From the NCBI GenBank assembly GCA_023213395.1, contig CM041465.1, forward strand, positions 225,625,741 through 225,689,740: a DNA stretch of 64,000 bases, read 5' to 3'. Shown in pieces: positions 1-16,416 of the stretch. The DNA is from Cycas panzhihuaensis. Its lineage: Eukaryota > Plantae > Cycadophyta. Below the pieces are notes generated by a model. It was not told the origin of the DNA, searched no databases, and was given only the letters and a program-made list of their open reading frames with translations. Position 1 is the stretch's first letter. Each line of letters begins with the position of its first letter. A program made the position numbers and the translations under genes.

Positions 1-1357
1 GTAAATGTATGATGAGGTTATCTGTCATTGTGAAACTAATGTTGGCTAAATCCACTTGGTTACAATCTTCCTAGTTGAGTACATCTTTATCTGTCACTAT
101 AGTAATGGTCCCAACCCTAGTTGTTACAATTGGTTTTGGTTCAGTTCCTTCATCAATCTTCGTTAATATTTTTAAAGCCAAAATATTAGAAATATTGAAT
201 TTCTAAATCACATAAATTTTTTCATTTCATTTGTGTGAATTAGATAATATATAGCTTGAAATATTCACTCTTGTTATCTTTAAAGAAAGATGAAAAACTA
301 GAAAAAATTCTAAAATAAGACTGTAGATATGAGTTTTATAAGCTAACTTAGAGGCTACAAGGTCTTGTATAATGTTTACCTTTTAACATTAATTAAAAAC
401 AACTTTTAGAAGGCCCAAAAATGACCAAAACATAAACTGGCTTTCACTTTTATAAAGTTCAACATATTAAAAAAGGAATATTCATAAGGGATATTTTAAT
501 TTTAATATGACTTTAGAATATTAGAAAGAATTTATAAAAGTTTAAGAAAATAATCATATTTTTTCAAACAACGATGACCCCATCCAAGGAGCAATTTAAT
601 CTTTTTAATTAAATATTACTCCAAATGCTATAAAATTAAAATTCCACTTAGATTTTAAGAAGATAAAGACATTGCAAAAAGAAAATTTAAAAAAGATTAA
701 GAATTAGAGGAGATATGAGTAACTAAATTTGCCAAAAAAAGGTTTTTGTAAAAATGCCTTTATAATCTGATTTCGATTTGCTCTAAAAAACTTATTTTAG
801 CTCCAAATCTCATAAAACTTGAAACCTATATGCATAACTAATAGATAAAGATCTCCCAAAAAGACACATTTTAAGAACATAGTAGAACATAGGAGATCTA
901 AGGTGTTAAAGTAAAAAAAATGTTTTTCCATTAAGAGAAGTACAATAATATTTGTTTATACTCAAATTTTGATAAATTTAGGTGAATAATAGCTCAAAAT
1001 AGGGGCTTTAGACCCTTCTAAGCACTCTAATGGTAACATTTTCAATGAATTTGATGGTTTGTTCCCTTAAATAAGCAAAAAAGACTTTAAAATTTTTCCC
1101 AAATTAAGAAATCCCAATGTGGGTGTGCTTAAAACTTGCAAAACAATTGTATAATAGTGTAAGACACTCACCAACAATACCCAATATCAACAAACATGAA
1201 TTTTCTTACTTTAATGAGGATAAAATGGCATAAAACAACCTCCAAAACTAATGATATCTTTGTTAGCAACAATGGACATATGTAAAGGAGAACAATAAAA
1301 CTTTTAACAATCTAGAAGTATTTCATAGGCATAGAGCAAACCTTGGCTTTGATACTA

Positions 1358-1675
1358 TGTTAGAATGAGAGATTAAGAGTAAATGGACTATATAAAATGA
1401 ATAATACAAGCTCATAAGCATAAAGACTTACAAGATAATAGACTTATATTATTTCACAACTCACATTTAATAAATTTCATTAATGTATACGTGGTGGCAA
1501 TAAATATAAATAAGAAACTTTATGAGGTATCACACAAACTCACACATATGAGAATAAAAGTCAAAGGCTAATAATAGAAGGTGAGCATTATAATAGCTTT
1601 GAGTTACAATATGTCACATCAAGTCCAAAAAAATGTCATAAATAATGATATAATAAATTAACATTATTTTTAACA
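1358..1675 (-). mobile_element. 5' LTR of a copia-type or non-autonomous element whose internal region runs left
   Basis: TGTTAG...TTAACA termini, immediately preceded by gctttgatacta (1346-1357), a degenerate reverse complement of the tRNA-iMet PBS TGGTATCAGAGC. Confidence 0.6.
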
Positions 1676-1707
1676 TTAAATACTTATAGATGTTATACCA
1701 TCTAACA

Positions 1708-2063
1708 CATCAACAAATCCATAATTATATTAAAAAGTCATTTGATTACATCTTAAGTTAAAATTGGCTAAAAATTAGAGGGGAGAGATGTATATCATAT
1801 ATGAATTAGATCCCAAAATTTTGTTACCATTAGAGTTAATATATAAGAGTTAAAATAGATTCACTTAGAGTAGTAGTAGGATGGTCATCAACAAATCCCT
1901 AATTCTTCTAAAAGTGGTCATTCAAATCAATTTTAAGCCATAATTAGATGAAAATTAGATAGGAGAGGCTTCTATTCCATATGAAATAGCTCCCAAAATT
2001 TTATTGCAATTAGTGTTAAGGCATACATATAATAGTAGATTTACTCAACATAATAATAAGGTT
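1708..2063. repeat. Two-copy diverged tandem repeat, period ~178 bp
   Basis: catcaacaaatcc at 1708 and 1886; aaaattaga, tatgaa..ag.tcccaaaatttt and tagatt.act recur at the same offset. Confidence 0.8.
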
Positions 2064-2099
2064 ATTATGCAACTATAGAAGCCAAATCAAAGCACTTAA

Positions 2100-4112
2100 T
2101 TAAAATTGAGGAGGAAAGAGAGGAACTAGCATGAGGGCACATTATCTCAATTATAAATGAACCAAACACTCATACTATGACTATGTTGCAATGGACACTA
2201 GACTATCAATTACGAGTTGTTACCAACTTTATCAATGCTCTGTTCGACAAGCTAGCCAATATATTTGCCCTATTACTAAATATTCATAAGAATATAGGCA
2301 CATATGACAATATTATGAGTTCTAGTTTTGAGGGCAAGGCACAAGATAGAAAGAAAACAAGGGAAATGGATCATGGTACATAGGTCAATTGATTTCAAAT
2401 AGGACATCCTAATGAGGTGCTTAGAAACTATTTAACAAACCATAAAAAATTAACATCAGAAAAGCAAAAAGTCATAAGATTCCAAGTATATTTCAATTAC
2501 CTATAATCTATGCATTAGCAAAAAAATTAGTAGTTTAAGAAAATAACAATTTAACATTTTAATTTTGAATAAAAATCACATGAACTAATTTGGATCCAAC
2601 AAATAGAAGAATATCTTTAGCTTGTAAAAATAGACAATGATCAACAAGTTTGGGTAGCCACACCTCACTTGGATGACACTACATAAGAATAGTGGAATAT
2701 CTGGAGTGAATCGAGCATCAAACCAAACTGCCATCATGGGATGTATTTGTTACTTTATTCTTAGAATGATTCAAGATTATTACAAACCACAATTACTACT
2801 ATAAATTTTAAAAACTTAGGTTGGATTAATAGAAGAGTATAATATGGCCTTAAACAAGCTATCTTATGTTCTTAAAGACATACTTAAAGGAAAGATGGTC
2901 CAATTATACATTAACGGTCTCACTATGAAAATTCAAGCTGATGTCCTAACTTGAGAACCACAAAGCCTTAACAAAGTAATGTAGTTGGCCTACATTTATG
3001 AGAGTAAGGTTAAATATTTGAGTAAGGCTAGATCAAGGACCTATATTCCCTCATTTATTTGAACAACTATATTGGTATCATCTCAATTAGTATAGATAGA
3101 AAAGAGACTAGTAATCCCTAGTAAGAACCTTAGCCCAAATAATAGTTTAGTTAATCCATCCACATTGATAAGACCAACACTCCAAAGATCAAAAGTAGAA
3201 CATGATGACTTAAGGGTGAAGAATCTTTGCTTTAAATGTACTACCCACATATATTGTGGGAATCAAATGTTCACTATTGAACTAGTACTAAATGAGGAGA
3301 ATCTACCATAAGAAAAAGATGATCTAGAGCCAAAAATTTCTACTGAAGAGATACCAATATTAGATGAGGATATGTCATAAATATCCCTTTCAACCATGAC
3401 CAGAATTATTTGATAAGATACTCTCAATTTACATGGGTTTATTAATAAATAACTAGTTATAATCCTCATCAATTCAAGTAGCACCAATAACTTTATGGAT
3501 AAATCTGCAATGCAATGATTAAATCTCTTTTTAACACATACTTTGAAATTTTAGATTTGAGTAGTGGGAAGGAAGTTCATCCTAGATCAAGGAGTTCTGG
3601 AGAAACTCAAGGTTGATATTAGAGATAAAATTATCACTAAAGATTTCTATGTAGCAAGAGTTGGTAGTTTTAATATGATTATGGGTAGCCAATGGTTAAG
3701 GAAAATTGGAACATTCAAAACTAATATGGAGGAAATGTTTATGAGGTATAAACAGAATAGAAAGACCATCATTTTACAAGGAGAGAATTTAGGAAAAATG
3801 CAAATAATATCATGCCATGAAATGGAGAACTTAGTAAGAAAAGGATGACTTAGGGTTATACTCTAGTCATTCTCACTACAAATATGACTCAATGAAGATG
3901 GCCATTCAAAGTCAGAATTATAAGGCATTCTAGAAAAGTACTAAAAAGTCTTCCACAAGCTCTTTGCCATATTACCACCAGATAAAGATATGGATCATGC
4001 CATAGAATTAGAATGTAAGTCCATCCCAATAGTGATATGACCCTATTGGCATTCTCATCATTACTAAAGAGAAATTGAGAGGATAGTTTAGGAAGTGCTA
4101 GATTTAGGAACC
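2100..4112 (+). pseudogene. Decayed Ty3/gypsy gag-protease and start of RT
   Basis: NLCFKC zinc-knuckle remnant (~3220); LINSSSTNNF resembling LIDSGSTHNF (~3465); MIMGSQWLRKIG in ORF 3564-3848; DHAIEL..PY..EIERIV at ~3990-4110; many stops. Confidence 0.85.
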
Positions 4113-5024
4113 ATATGTGCATGGCTCATAACTTGTAATATATTTATACTTACATATTCTATTATATACATGATATGTTGATACCTATCTATATATTATT
4201 TTCAATTATATATTTATTCCCTAATAGGTGCAATAAATGGAACCTCTCATATCCCCTCTACCTTTAGTACTTTATTATTTTTTGGTATGACTGTCTACCT
4301 TATAGCTTCCAACATGTACTCGAACCATTAATCATGCTTGTCACATGTTTAGAAACCCTTGAATTAATGTCCTAGACATTGTATGCTTTAAGACTTCTTT
4401 ATGAAGCTACCATAAAGAGTTTTAAAATCTTGTCATTTAAGTGGATTAATTGTCTAAAAATGTGCCATGCTTGCAACCTCTTCCCTTGTTTTTATTAATC
4501 ATTATTATTTTGCTAATTAGTCTATCACCTCCTACAATCCCTTTTTGAAATTGCTTGGTTTGTTTTAGTAATAACACTACTTTAGTTACTCCTTTTGAGT
4601 AGGTTGATGTTGTTGAGTTTCTTCTTCTTAAAAATGAAGGGTTTCTCCCCTTTTGAATTTGTTAAGAATGCACTAGAAGATTGTCCAACAATACTATCTT
4701 TCAAAATTTATTCATGTTATAACAACAACACCTCCATCTAAATAAAAGAGATATTTATAGTTTTTTTGACAAAAGAAACTTGTCATAAAATTCTCAAACA
4801 TCATGCCTTATTAGTAGTTTGAAGAATTTTAGAGACAAATGCATATTGTATAATACTAATGTACAAACACATGGTTCAATACAGTATGAAAATTGTGGTG
4901 AGCTTAGGAAACTAGAGAAGTAATTACATTGAATAGGTATTAATTGAGCAAAGAGAAAACTAAAGTGAAATGGAAAAAATATGTATATTTTGCTCTAATA
5001 AAGGATATACACAAGGGAAAATAT

Positions 5025-6622
<1,598 letters not shown>

Positions 6623-7809
6623 ATTGATGATAATAATGTTCATAAGTTGTTATTTAAATAGTTCTATGTAGTGTTTTTGGCAAGCATCACATTGGTTCCT
6701 TTAGGAGATAGGTCCATTGCATGCCCTTTCTTATTGAAAAAAGAGCTTTACCCACAAAGCTTAGGATGATGATCAACAAACTCCTAGGATTTATGTTACA
6801 TTTTCTAATGCCAACTCCTTTCACTTAATGAGGTATTCTATTATTGTCTTAGATTAAAGTTCCTCTTATTATATCTCAATGATGCTTTATAGTTCCAAGA
6901 TTACTTTTCCTTCCTTTTTGTCTTAGATTAAAGTCCCTCCTTACTTTTCGTTATATGTTACTTCTCATGTAATAAAAATTAAAACATAATTTATATTTCC
7001 ATAATCAAGGAAAATCATTCTCATAACATCAAGAACTAAGAACTTATCCTTTAAATGGAAACATAATATTCCTTAATAAATATTCTTTACCTAGTTGACT
7101 AGGATTCTCATCTCAAATGAGTTAGGGCTATGGTGTTAATATAAGAGTATTACAACTAGGTCTCTAAGTTCATAACTCATCATATGAATTGCCACAATGA
7201 TAAGATTATATGTTGAAAATAATAATATGCCTTAATAAATGCATATGGCAAGATGCATAACATGGAATCACACTATGCTAAGAACCCTTAGAACCATATT
7301 AAGGTTACGTATCTTAAGTTTTGTCACAAAATCAAACCCTCAAAATTATACTAAGGTAAGGGTGGCACCATATATGTGTTACAGAACCATACCATAATTC
7401 CCTTGAATCCATGGACACTTATAATCACACTAAGGTTAAGTACTTGCATTACAAATAGTAGCATAAACTCTTTTGGTTTATGAGTTGCACCATGGATTGT
7501 ATACACATATATCAACATCATCCTTGCATTATCAATGGCATATAAAGTATTTTCCTCCGCCATGGCGTGCATAGGGAGAAGTAAATCACCACTTCATCTA
7601 CATAGTATAATCCTCTTTTATGCTATTTATCCTCACAAACTAGATGGTTTCAAACCCTAAGGGGCTAAGGAGAAGAAGAGCTTAATAATAACAGATGAAT
7701 TATGAAAAATGAAGAGTGGAAGAATAAAGAAGAGAAGAATAAATCCAAGCATATATGTATGCAAAGAATGAATGGATGAAGTTCTTTTTATAATTTTATA
7801 TCATATGCA

Positions 7810-7960
7810 ATTAAGAGGAACCTCCATTTTAAGCATATTCTAAAAGTGATTATGAGATAATTAGAAAAATTTTCATATTATAATCATATTCTAGAGCTGA
7901 TTATTAGGTAATTAGAAGAAATCCACCATTGTAATCATATTCTAGAAGTGTGTCATAAAG
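7810..7960. repeat. ~51-bp tandem repeat, ~3 copies
   Basis: Recurrent attag...catattcta at ~7810, ~7860 and ~7911. Confidence 0.65.
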
Positions 7961-8420
7961 GTTATGATTTCATATCCCTCAAGATTACTTTTAAAATAAC
8001 ATTATTATCTAAGTGACTCTTTGAAGGAGTGTTTAGCTACTAGGATTATTACATTTTAAATCCCATAAACTCACTTTTAGAAAAATTCAATCCTTGGTCT
8101 TCTAATGCTTCCTCCTAACGTTTCTTCTTCATATTTGTATTGTGTCTTCCTATATTTCTTCTTTGAGTAATCTTGTTACTTTATCAATGGACTCTAATAT
8201 TTACATCATTTATATTTATATGGACATTTAAATTTCTAGAATACTCACATATACATAGGCACATGGCTTTTAGAATCACATTACATCATATTCATAAAAG
8301 CAGTCTCACAAATCCAATAGGGCACTTCACTAGGGTCCTATTTATAATATACATAATGATTACATCATGCTATGAGATAACCTATAAAGAAATATAATAT
8401 GTAATATGTATAATGTGAAA

Positions 8421-9770
8421 GTATTACATCTTCTCCCCCTTAAAAACAACATTATCCTCAATTTAGTCATGCTTGTAAACAAGTGTAGATACTCTTGTTG
8501 TATGGTTTCTACTAGCCCTCATGTAATCTCATAGAACCTTAGATGTTTTCATTGGACCTTGATTTGCTCAAGGGCTTGGTTCTATAACATCTTAAATTTT
8601 CAATCTAATATCCAAGTAAGTTTTACTTGGAATTCTATTTTAAGTTCCACCTAGATGGTAGACCAAATAATCATTGATTATGTTCGTGTGCATACTTCTT
8701 TAATAATGAGATATAAAATATATTATGTACCTCAAAGCTAAGTGGTGATGTAAATTTATATGCAATAGCTCCTATTTGTTCTATAATATTTTAAAGGGTC
8801 TGTAATAGCTTGTTACCAGCCTTTCGCATACACCAAACTTTAAGGAGTTTTATTTTGGTTTCACATGAAAATATATATGATGTCTAATATTGAATTCCTT
8901 TGCTATCATTTTTAAATTTTCACAACTCTTTTACCAATCATGTGCAGTATGTAAGTGCTTTTAGATACTAAAAACTTATTTTTTAAATTATTTGTAACAT
9001 TTGTGGTTTAATGCAATGCATGCCCTCTAGCTTTTCTTAGCTCAATGAATAATAACATTTTTGTTTATATAAGGTCTCAAATGGGCTCATTCATAGGGAT
9101 GCATATTGATTGTTGCTATAGGTAAACTGTAGAAAATACAAATAGGTTTTCCATTTAGATGGTTGCTTTATCACATAGAATGTCATCATATTTGTTAATA
9201 GTTGGTTAACTAACTATGTTTGTCCATTTGTATTTGGATGATAAGTCATGCTAAACTTTAGCTTAGTTCCCACTTCTTCAAATAGTGTTTGGTAAAACTT
9301 AGAGATGAACTTTACATCTTAGATATAAATAATTCTTTTTAGAATTTTGTGTAAATGTACCATGTTCTTCATAAAGGCTTTTGTAATGTTAAATGCCTTG
9401 TGTGTAGAATGCATAAGAATAAGATATATAGGCTTGGTTAACTTGTCCATTATCCCCAAAATAGAATCTTTTTGTCTCATATTCTTTGGTAATCCTATGA
9501 TGATGTTTATAGAAATTGTTCTTCTATTTAGGAATATTTAGAGACTAAAGTAATCTTACAAGGTATAGCTATTTCATCTTAACTCTTTGACATCATTGAC
9601 AGTGAGAGACATAATCACTATATCTCTTTTTGTCTGTATTAAAAGTCATTATTGTTTATAATTACATGAGTTCTTTAATACATTGGATGTCCTACATATA
9701 AAATACTAGGAGCTTCTTTCATGATCAATTTCCATAATTCTAACATAATTTAGAATATAGATTTAATCTC
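8421..9770 (-). pseudogene. Decayed gypsy (chromovirus) integrase and chromodomain, PPT and start of 3' LTR
   Basis: Minus strand GTKLKFSMTYHPNTNGQT (~9220-9270); IKVQ*KH...EIT*...QQEYLHLF chromodomain tail; PPT ttctccccctt at 8431-8441 next to TGTAATAC. Confidence 0.85.
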
Positions 9771-9929
9771 AAAATAGAAATTCATTTGCTTATTTATTTC
9801 TATTTTATATATAAATAGAAATTTTCACTTATATGTACCAACTCCATAAGAGATATTCAGATGAGTGTGAGTGAGGTAAATGAGGCTCCCAACTAACTAA
9901 CAGTACAAAGTGAGATAAAAGGGCTTACC

Positions 9930-12900
9930 TTGTTCATCCATGTTGAGCTTGGTTCTTGTTTCTATTAGACTTGATAAAGGCTTGCAGTTAGTCATTCTAA
10001 ACCACTACAAGATTTTATTGGAGTACTTGGATTGTGACAAGAATATGTGTCCTAGTTTCTACTACACTTTAATGCTAAGGAAATAGTAAAGCAACCTAAG
10101 ATCTATCATCTCAAAGCTGCTTTTGAGTTCTAATTGTAACCAAGCTATGCCTTCATTGTTATTATGAATGATTACCAAGTTATATATTGAATAATAATTA
10201 TGATCAAGTTGCCTCTAATTTGAATGTATAGGTCTAAATCAAAGGGTGAGTGAATGAATCCATGCTTTGTGAAAAAGGTATCAGTCTTAGCATACCAAGC
10301 ATATGGTGCCTACTTCAATCCATATAAGGATTTCTTGAGTTTACATACTAGGTGTTCTTTGCTAGTAATAACACAACTGGGAGGTTACTTCAAGAAAACC
10401 TCTTATATAAACTCTCCATTTAGGAAAGAACTCTTTGCATCCATTTGGTATACAAGCCAGTTAAATTGAGTCACAAGAGACATAATCAAATAGAATATGA
10501 TCATGTTAGCTACTAGTGCAAATGTCTCATTATAGTTAATCCCTTCTTATTATTTAAAAGTTCTTGTAACTAGATGAGTTTTGTGATGCTCAATAGTGCC
10601 ATCAGCATAGAATTTGGTCTTATAAAGCCATCGACAATTAATTGGTTTCTTTTCAGGTGGTAGTTTTATTAGCTCCCATGTGTCATTCTTAAGGATATAG
10701 TTCATCTCTTCATCAATTGTTACTTCCTACATTTGGTCTTAGACTATCTCCTTAAACATTGAAGGCTTAGAGGCCTTAAGAACACATGCCATTAAAGTAT
10801 AGTTAGTTAAGTATCTCATTCTAGACTACATTTTAGAATCTTTGGGAGGAGGAGGATCATCCTTTAGTAATTATTGTAGCCACTTAGGAGGTGCTTAAAA
10901 ATTGATGGCCTCCACTTGAAGATCATCAATTGATATAGGTGGCATTAATGTGCTAGCATCTAATGTGGATGTTGAGGCTATTGGAACTGAAGATGAACTT
11001 GGTGTTAGAGGATGTGGGTGCTGGTAGCTCAAGAATTAGTCCAAGAGGAATTTTAGGTCACCAATATCATTTTCTACTACAAATTAAATTTGTGAGGGAT
11101 CTAAGTCCTGAGTATCTTCAACAAATATTATATCCTAAGTGGTGTATGCCTGGTTTCCAATAGTGTCATATACTTTATAGGATTTTCATCTAGGTACATA
11201 GCCAAGGAAAATATACTTAAGGCTTTTATAATCTAATTTCTTCTTATTCTACTTAGGGTTGAATTTATAGGTAGTATAACCAAATATCCTTATATGAGAA
11301 ATTATTGGTTTGATACCTGACCAAGCTTCCTTGGGAGTGATATTTCTTACTATTACCATGGTACTTCTATTGGTTAGATAGGTAGTTGTTAATATGGCTT
11401 TAACCCAAAACCTAGTAGTAAGATTCATTACACTCAACCTGGCTCTTACTTTATTTATCAATATTTGGTTCATCCTTTTTACTACACCATTTTGTTAAGG
11501 TATATGAGGGGTCGATAATTAGTATTTGATACCATGTTATTTATAAAAGTTGGTGAATTAGTTGGATATGTACTCTCCTCCTTTGTTAGATCTTAATACC
11601 TTGATGTTCATGCTACTTTCCTTTTCTACCTCAGCCTTAAATTCTTTAAATTTGTCAAAGGCTTGGAACTTATTTTTAAGGAAGTAGACCCAAATATTTC
11701 TGGAATAGTCACCAATAAATATCATGAAAAATAGATTTATATTGAGAGAAGGAATTGACATAGGCCTATAAATATCTGAGTAGATCAAACCTAATGGTTA
11801 TGAGGCTCTCCATGCTTTCTTTAATGGGAATCGTTCTCTATGCTATTTTCCCACTAAGCAGGCCTTATAAATGCATCTATTTCTCCTAATATTTAGAAGT
11901 CCATGCACCATATATAGACTGAACATGAGATTTAGGCTTTACATGTTCAAGTGACCAAGGCATTGATGCTATAGTTAGTCCTTGGTGCTATTGGAGGTGG
12001 TTTTTTCTTTAGAGTATAAGCATTCACCTTGATCTTGGTCAAGGGGTGGGTCTTTAACCATGATTGTTTTCCCTTTATCAAGGTGATTGTTATGTACTAT
12101 AGAATATGATTCTTATGGTGGAATAGTGGAGAGAGGAACCCTATTAAGTTTGTATCGGCCATTATCCTCATGTCCTATTGCAATGAGCTATCTAGTAGCA
12201 TGATCTATAATTGTGCAGATGTCTTGACTAAAAAGGATATTAAAGTTTTTCTTGTCAATTTGGCTGATAGAGAGCAAATTCATCTTCATGCCTAAAACTA
12301 AGAAAATATTATTTAAGTACTACCAAATTTTAGAATCCTTTAATGTAATAGGAGCCCTTCTAATTTTGGTCACATCATAGGTTAGGTTATCTCCAAATGT
12401 GATAGTTTGAGCCCTAATTGGATAAGTCTCCTTGAGCAAGTTTTTAGTGTTGATCATATGACATGGTGCCATAATCTATTAACCAAGAATTATTATCATA
12501 TTATGATGACAAAGATATAAAGAACAAGTTTTGGGAGGAGGGTTAAAAATTTGCCATATTGCCTCCTTGTTATATATTTTGGTTATTCCTTAGGTTTCTT
12601 AGTTGGAACCTTTGCCTATTTAGTTGGTGCTAGTTCTAGTTCTTCCTCTAATTCTAATTTTGTTAAAAATATTAGCCTATCATTAAAAAGTTAGTCCTCC
12701 TTGTGGAAAGCTAGGGATTTCTTATTGAATGTAAGAGCCATCTTGTTGAAAGCTAAGGCCACCTTATTGAAAGCTAGGGCACCTTTATTGAAAGCTAGTG
12801 CCCCACCTTGTTGAAAGTTGGGCCCACATGGTTATCCCCCTTAGTTCTAAAGCATCTAAAAATCAAATTGTCTTCTCTTATAGTCAATAATAAGGTGCTC

Positions 12901-13810
12901 ATTTTTCCCATAATACATACAAGTGACATTTTATCTATACTACTAATTCATTTATGGTTGAGATTATGGTGGTTATTATGGCTATTAAGGCTATTGAGAC
13001 TAATGAGAGGAAGTTCCAACTTATTAAGATTGAGATTGTTAATGTGTAGGCTGATAACTTGGCTATTCTGAGATGTTTAAGGAGTTAAATTGATAAGCAA
13101 GGGTTCATTGATGACTTGGCTATTCATTTAGCTATTAAGCTAACTTATTCTTTCATGAGTTCTTGGTTATAAATGTAGTGGTAGAGTTAGAGGTAGATGC
13201 CACTTCTTGGCAATTGAGGACGTTCTCTTCCCTAAGAAAGAGTGTTTTAAAAGTGTTAAAGTCTATTTTAGTAAATGTATCGTAGAGTCTAGACACAAAG
13301 TTGTTATATTCTATAGGAAGGATGTTGAGTATGTTAGATACATGGTCATGGTCAGAAGGAGGTTCACTAAGGATGATAAGTTAATTTATTATTATTTCAA
13401 TTTCATTTAGGTGGTCTATGATGGTTCTAGTAAAAGGTATATCAAAGAGGTGTGTCTTTAAAGTTAGGGATCTAGATTCATACTTCCTCTCCTAAAGGAC
13501 GCAAATGATGCTCCATGCTTCATGGGAGGTTTATACTGTTTCAATATTTTGGTCCACTCAGTCTTTTATAAACAAGTAGAGGAATAAGAGGGCAGTGTTT
13601 TACTTAGCTTTAAAATTAGCTAAGGAAATTAGATTTGGTGGTATTTCAATGGTGAGATCATTTGGATCCTTAGTAATTTTAGATAGAGGTATGTCACTAT
13701 TGACATAAACCCAATAATCATTTATGATTAAAAAAAAATTAATTTATTTCTTCCAAGCTAAAAAGTTATTTATGCCAATAAGTTTAATGGTATTAGATAA
13801 AAGTATTTAT
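9930..13810 (-). pseudogene. Decayed Ty1/copia gag-PR-IN-RT
   Basis: Minus strand RT motifs VCKLKKSLYGLK*APYAWY, QMDAKSSFLNG and NDTWELIKLP; integrase ORFs 11249-11788 (IKVLRSNKGGEY); gag N-terminus NNFLAWKK near 13760. Confidence 0.92.
12699..12830 (-). repeat. 21-bp coding tandem repeat (GPSFQQG-like, ~6 copies) in copia gag
   Basis: Recurrent ttg/attgaaagctagggc units; minus strand reads GPNFQQG, GLSFQQD, IPSFPQG. Confidence 0.75.
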
Positions 13811-16416
13811 ATTATCATTTTAGTATGTCCTTTAGTATGGAGTTTAGTGTCTTTTCGTGTCATATCTAACTAGTGGAACCACTAAACTAGAATGTTAAAT
13901 TTAGCAATCTTTAAGAAGTCCTCGATTGCTATTATGTCTAGTGGCACCTACCCATAAGTGGTAAATTAGGGACTCTATATACTATTACATGGTATCTAGG
14001 CTCTATATATCTTAGTATATGAGATACTAAGAAGGTTAAAGACCCCCTTGACATGTTGATCCACTTGCATTGGACTTATGCCTAGTGATAGATCTAGCTG
14101 AGAACTATTAACTAAGGCACTCATCCCCTTTGAGTTTAGTTTAGTCTTCAAACTCTAAGGTAGGGTTTATATCTCAACCTACCACTTAATGATCTTGTTT
14201 AATATTTATAAAATTTGAGAAGAACTGAAAACATGTGTGTAGTCATAACTTTAAGGGTCTTAACCATAAAGTTTTCTTATAGATTGGGAGTTATCTTTCT
14301 TAATGTTTTGAGTTGAAATTAATGTAAAAAATGTGATCTTATTTATATAAAGGGTTCCTTCTATAAAATAAAAGTAAGGAGATTAAAAAAAAGAAAATAA
14401 CTTAAAAGAAATAAAAAGGTTAAGATGCTCTTTTAATGGACTTTGCTCCAAGTAAAGATCAACCTCTTTCACATAAGAAGGATACCTACAACCACAAAGC
14501 ACAAGCACTTGTTATCTAAAAAACAAGATAGGACAACATATAAGAGATATATAAATAACATTCAATAGCTAGATTCTATGCAAAAATAAAAATAAGGCAT
14601 TTAATTTATGAAAATAAGCCTTATTATAGCCTAAGCATAAGTGTTAAGTTAAGATATAAATAAACCCTTAAAAAATTATTTAAAACTAAATAAAATGATC
14701 TCTAATTTATAAGTATCTGAATAAGAATTCTAACGGTTTAGATGGTGCTCAAATCTGACCTCCCATTGAAAAGTTATGGTCAAAACACTACTAAGTACTC
14801 ATGAATAGAAAATTAAATTGAGGTAACTTAAGGCCCCTTCACTAATTAGCTCTCAATCTCAACAGGTCTACATATGACCAGCCACTAGGCTATAGAAGGG
14901 TTAACAAATTTTAAAAACTTATGAAATATAAAATAACTTTTTTAATTTTGTAAAAAGATTAAAAAATAACTTATATTATTTTATGTCTACTCGTTTTAAC
15001 TTATAATCACAGTCACATGGGGTCTAATATGATCAAAACTAAGTGCCCTTGATGGATCTCAATGTTAAATCAGATCTAGTTTAATTTCAATTAAACTATA
15101 TAAAAAATAATAAAAATTTTTATTTTTTTAATGATCACAATGGCCACAGAACTTTTGGTTGACATAGGGGCATAAATCTCAATGAAAAACACTCTAGATT
15201 TGATCCTAATCAGAACACGAGCCTCCATGATAAATTCACAACCTTTAGGGGTTGATTTCTAAATAGATCTAAGCTATGTAGGGGTGAATATCATAAAGAA
15301 CAAGTCACACGAGCTACATAGGGCCATATAGTGACTGGCAAATAAACAGAGGTTAAGATTCTTTGAAGATTAATTGAAAGGGATTACTATGCAACTACAT
15401 GATTATATAGGCTCCTTGCAGGCTAATAGAGCACCATGCAAACTTGAGCAAAAGACACGTGAACTTACTTTGATGGAGATAAAGTCTAAATAGTACAAAA
15501 CAACACCAATAAGGTATCATTTTTTCTTGAAACTATTTCAATGAGGACATGGCACTACCACTAGTTGGCCAAACTGCAAATGAGAGCTACTATATCAAGA
15601 AAACACCATATAATAGTATTAGATTTACTAGAAAATACTGAGACTAATTACAAAATATAGAAACATATATGTATGGAGTGCCATTATTAATAAATAGGCC
15701 ACCAGATTCAATATGATCTAATAACAATGTGCATTCAAATATAACTAAGAGAATTAAATATTAAACATAAAACAAGAGAATAAATTGTTATAACAATGTG
15801 CTATGGGTAAATTGGTTACTCCATGCATTTAAATTTTGGTAGAGCTTCTGCATATGAAAACTTCCAATATACAAATGAATAGGGTCATGCTTAATTTATA
15901 AGCATACAACATCTGAATACAAATGATATAATTGGCTAACTTAGTGACAAAGGAGGCAGACCTGACCAAACTATAGATTCCTTTAAAATTTACAAAGGGG
16001 GGTCACACCCTATGATATATATATATATATTATATATATATACAATACAATATAATAAAGGGTCATTGGATGTTTTAATAGTAAACCCAAACCTATATGT
16101 CTCATAGATGTGATAATTGTCAAATAGTCCCAACTAGATTATACCCAATCATTAACAAACCCCCTCACATAATAGGACTAGTCTCTCCATAATTACCTCT
16201 TATTGTATAAAAATCATATGTTTGTTCACTCTACTTCCCAATTTATTTCTTGAATTATTTCTAAATATCATTCCTCCTCTATTTGTAGCCATTTAGGGTT
16301 TGATAAAACCTACTAATACATCTATTTTGATTTTTACTGGTTACATATGAAGTTGACAATCCTTATATTTATGATAGAATGTGATATATGCTAGCAAAAC
16401 AAAGTTGGCATAAAAG

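Noticed and set aside
6623-8420. Full 3' LTR of the 8421-9770 gypsy
   Set aside because: Left boundary not definable; several tattaca candidate ends
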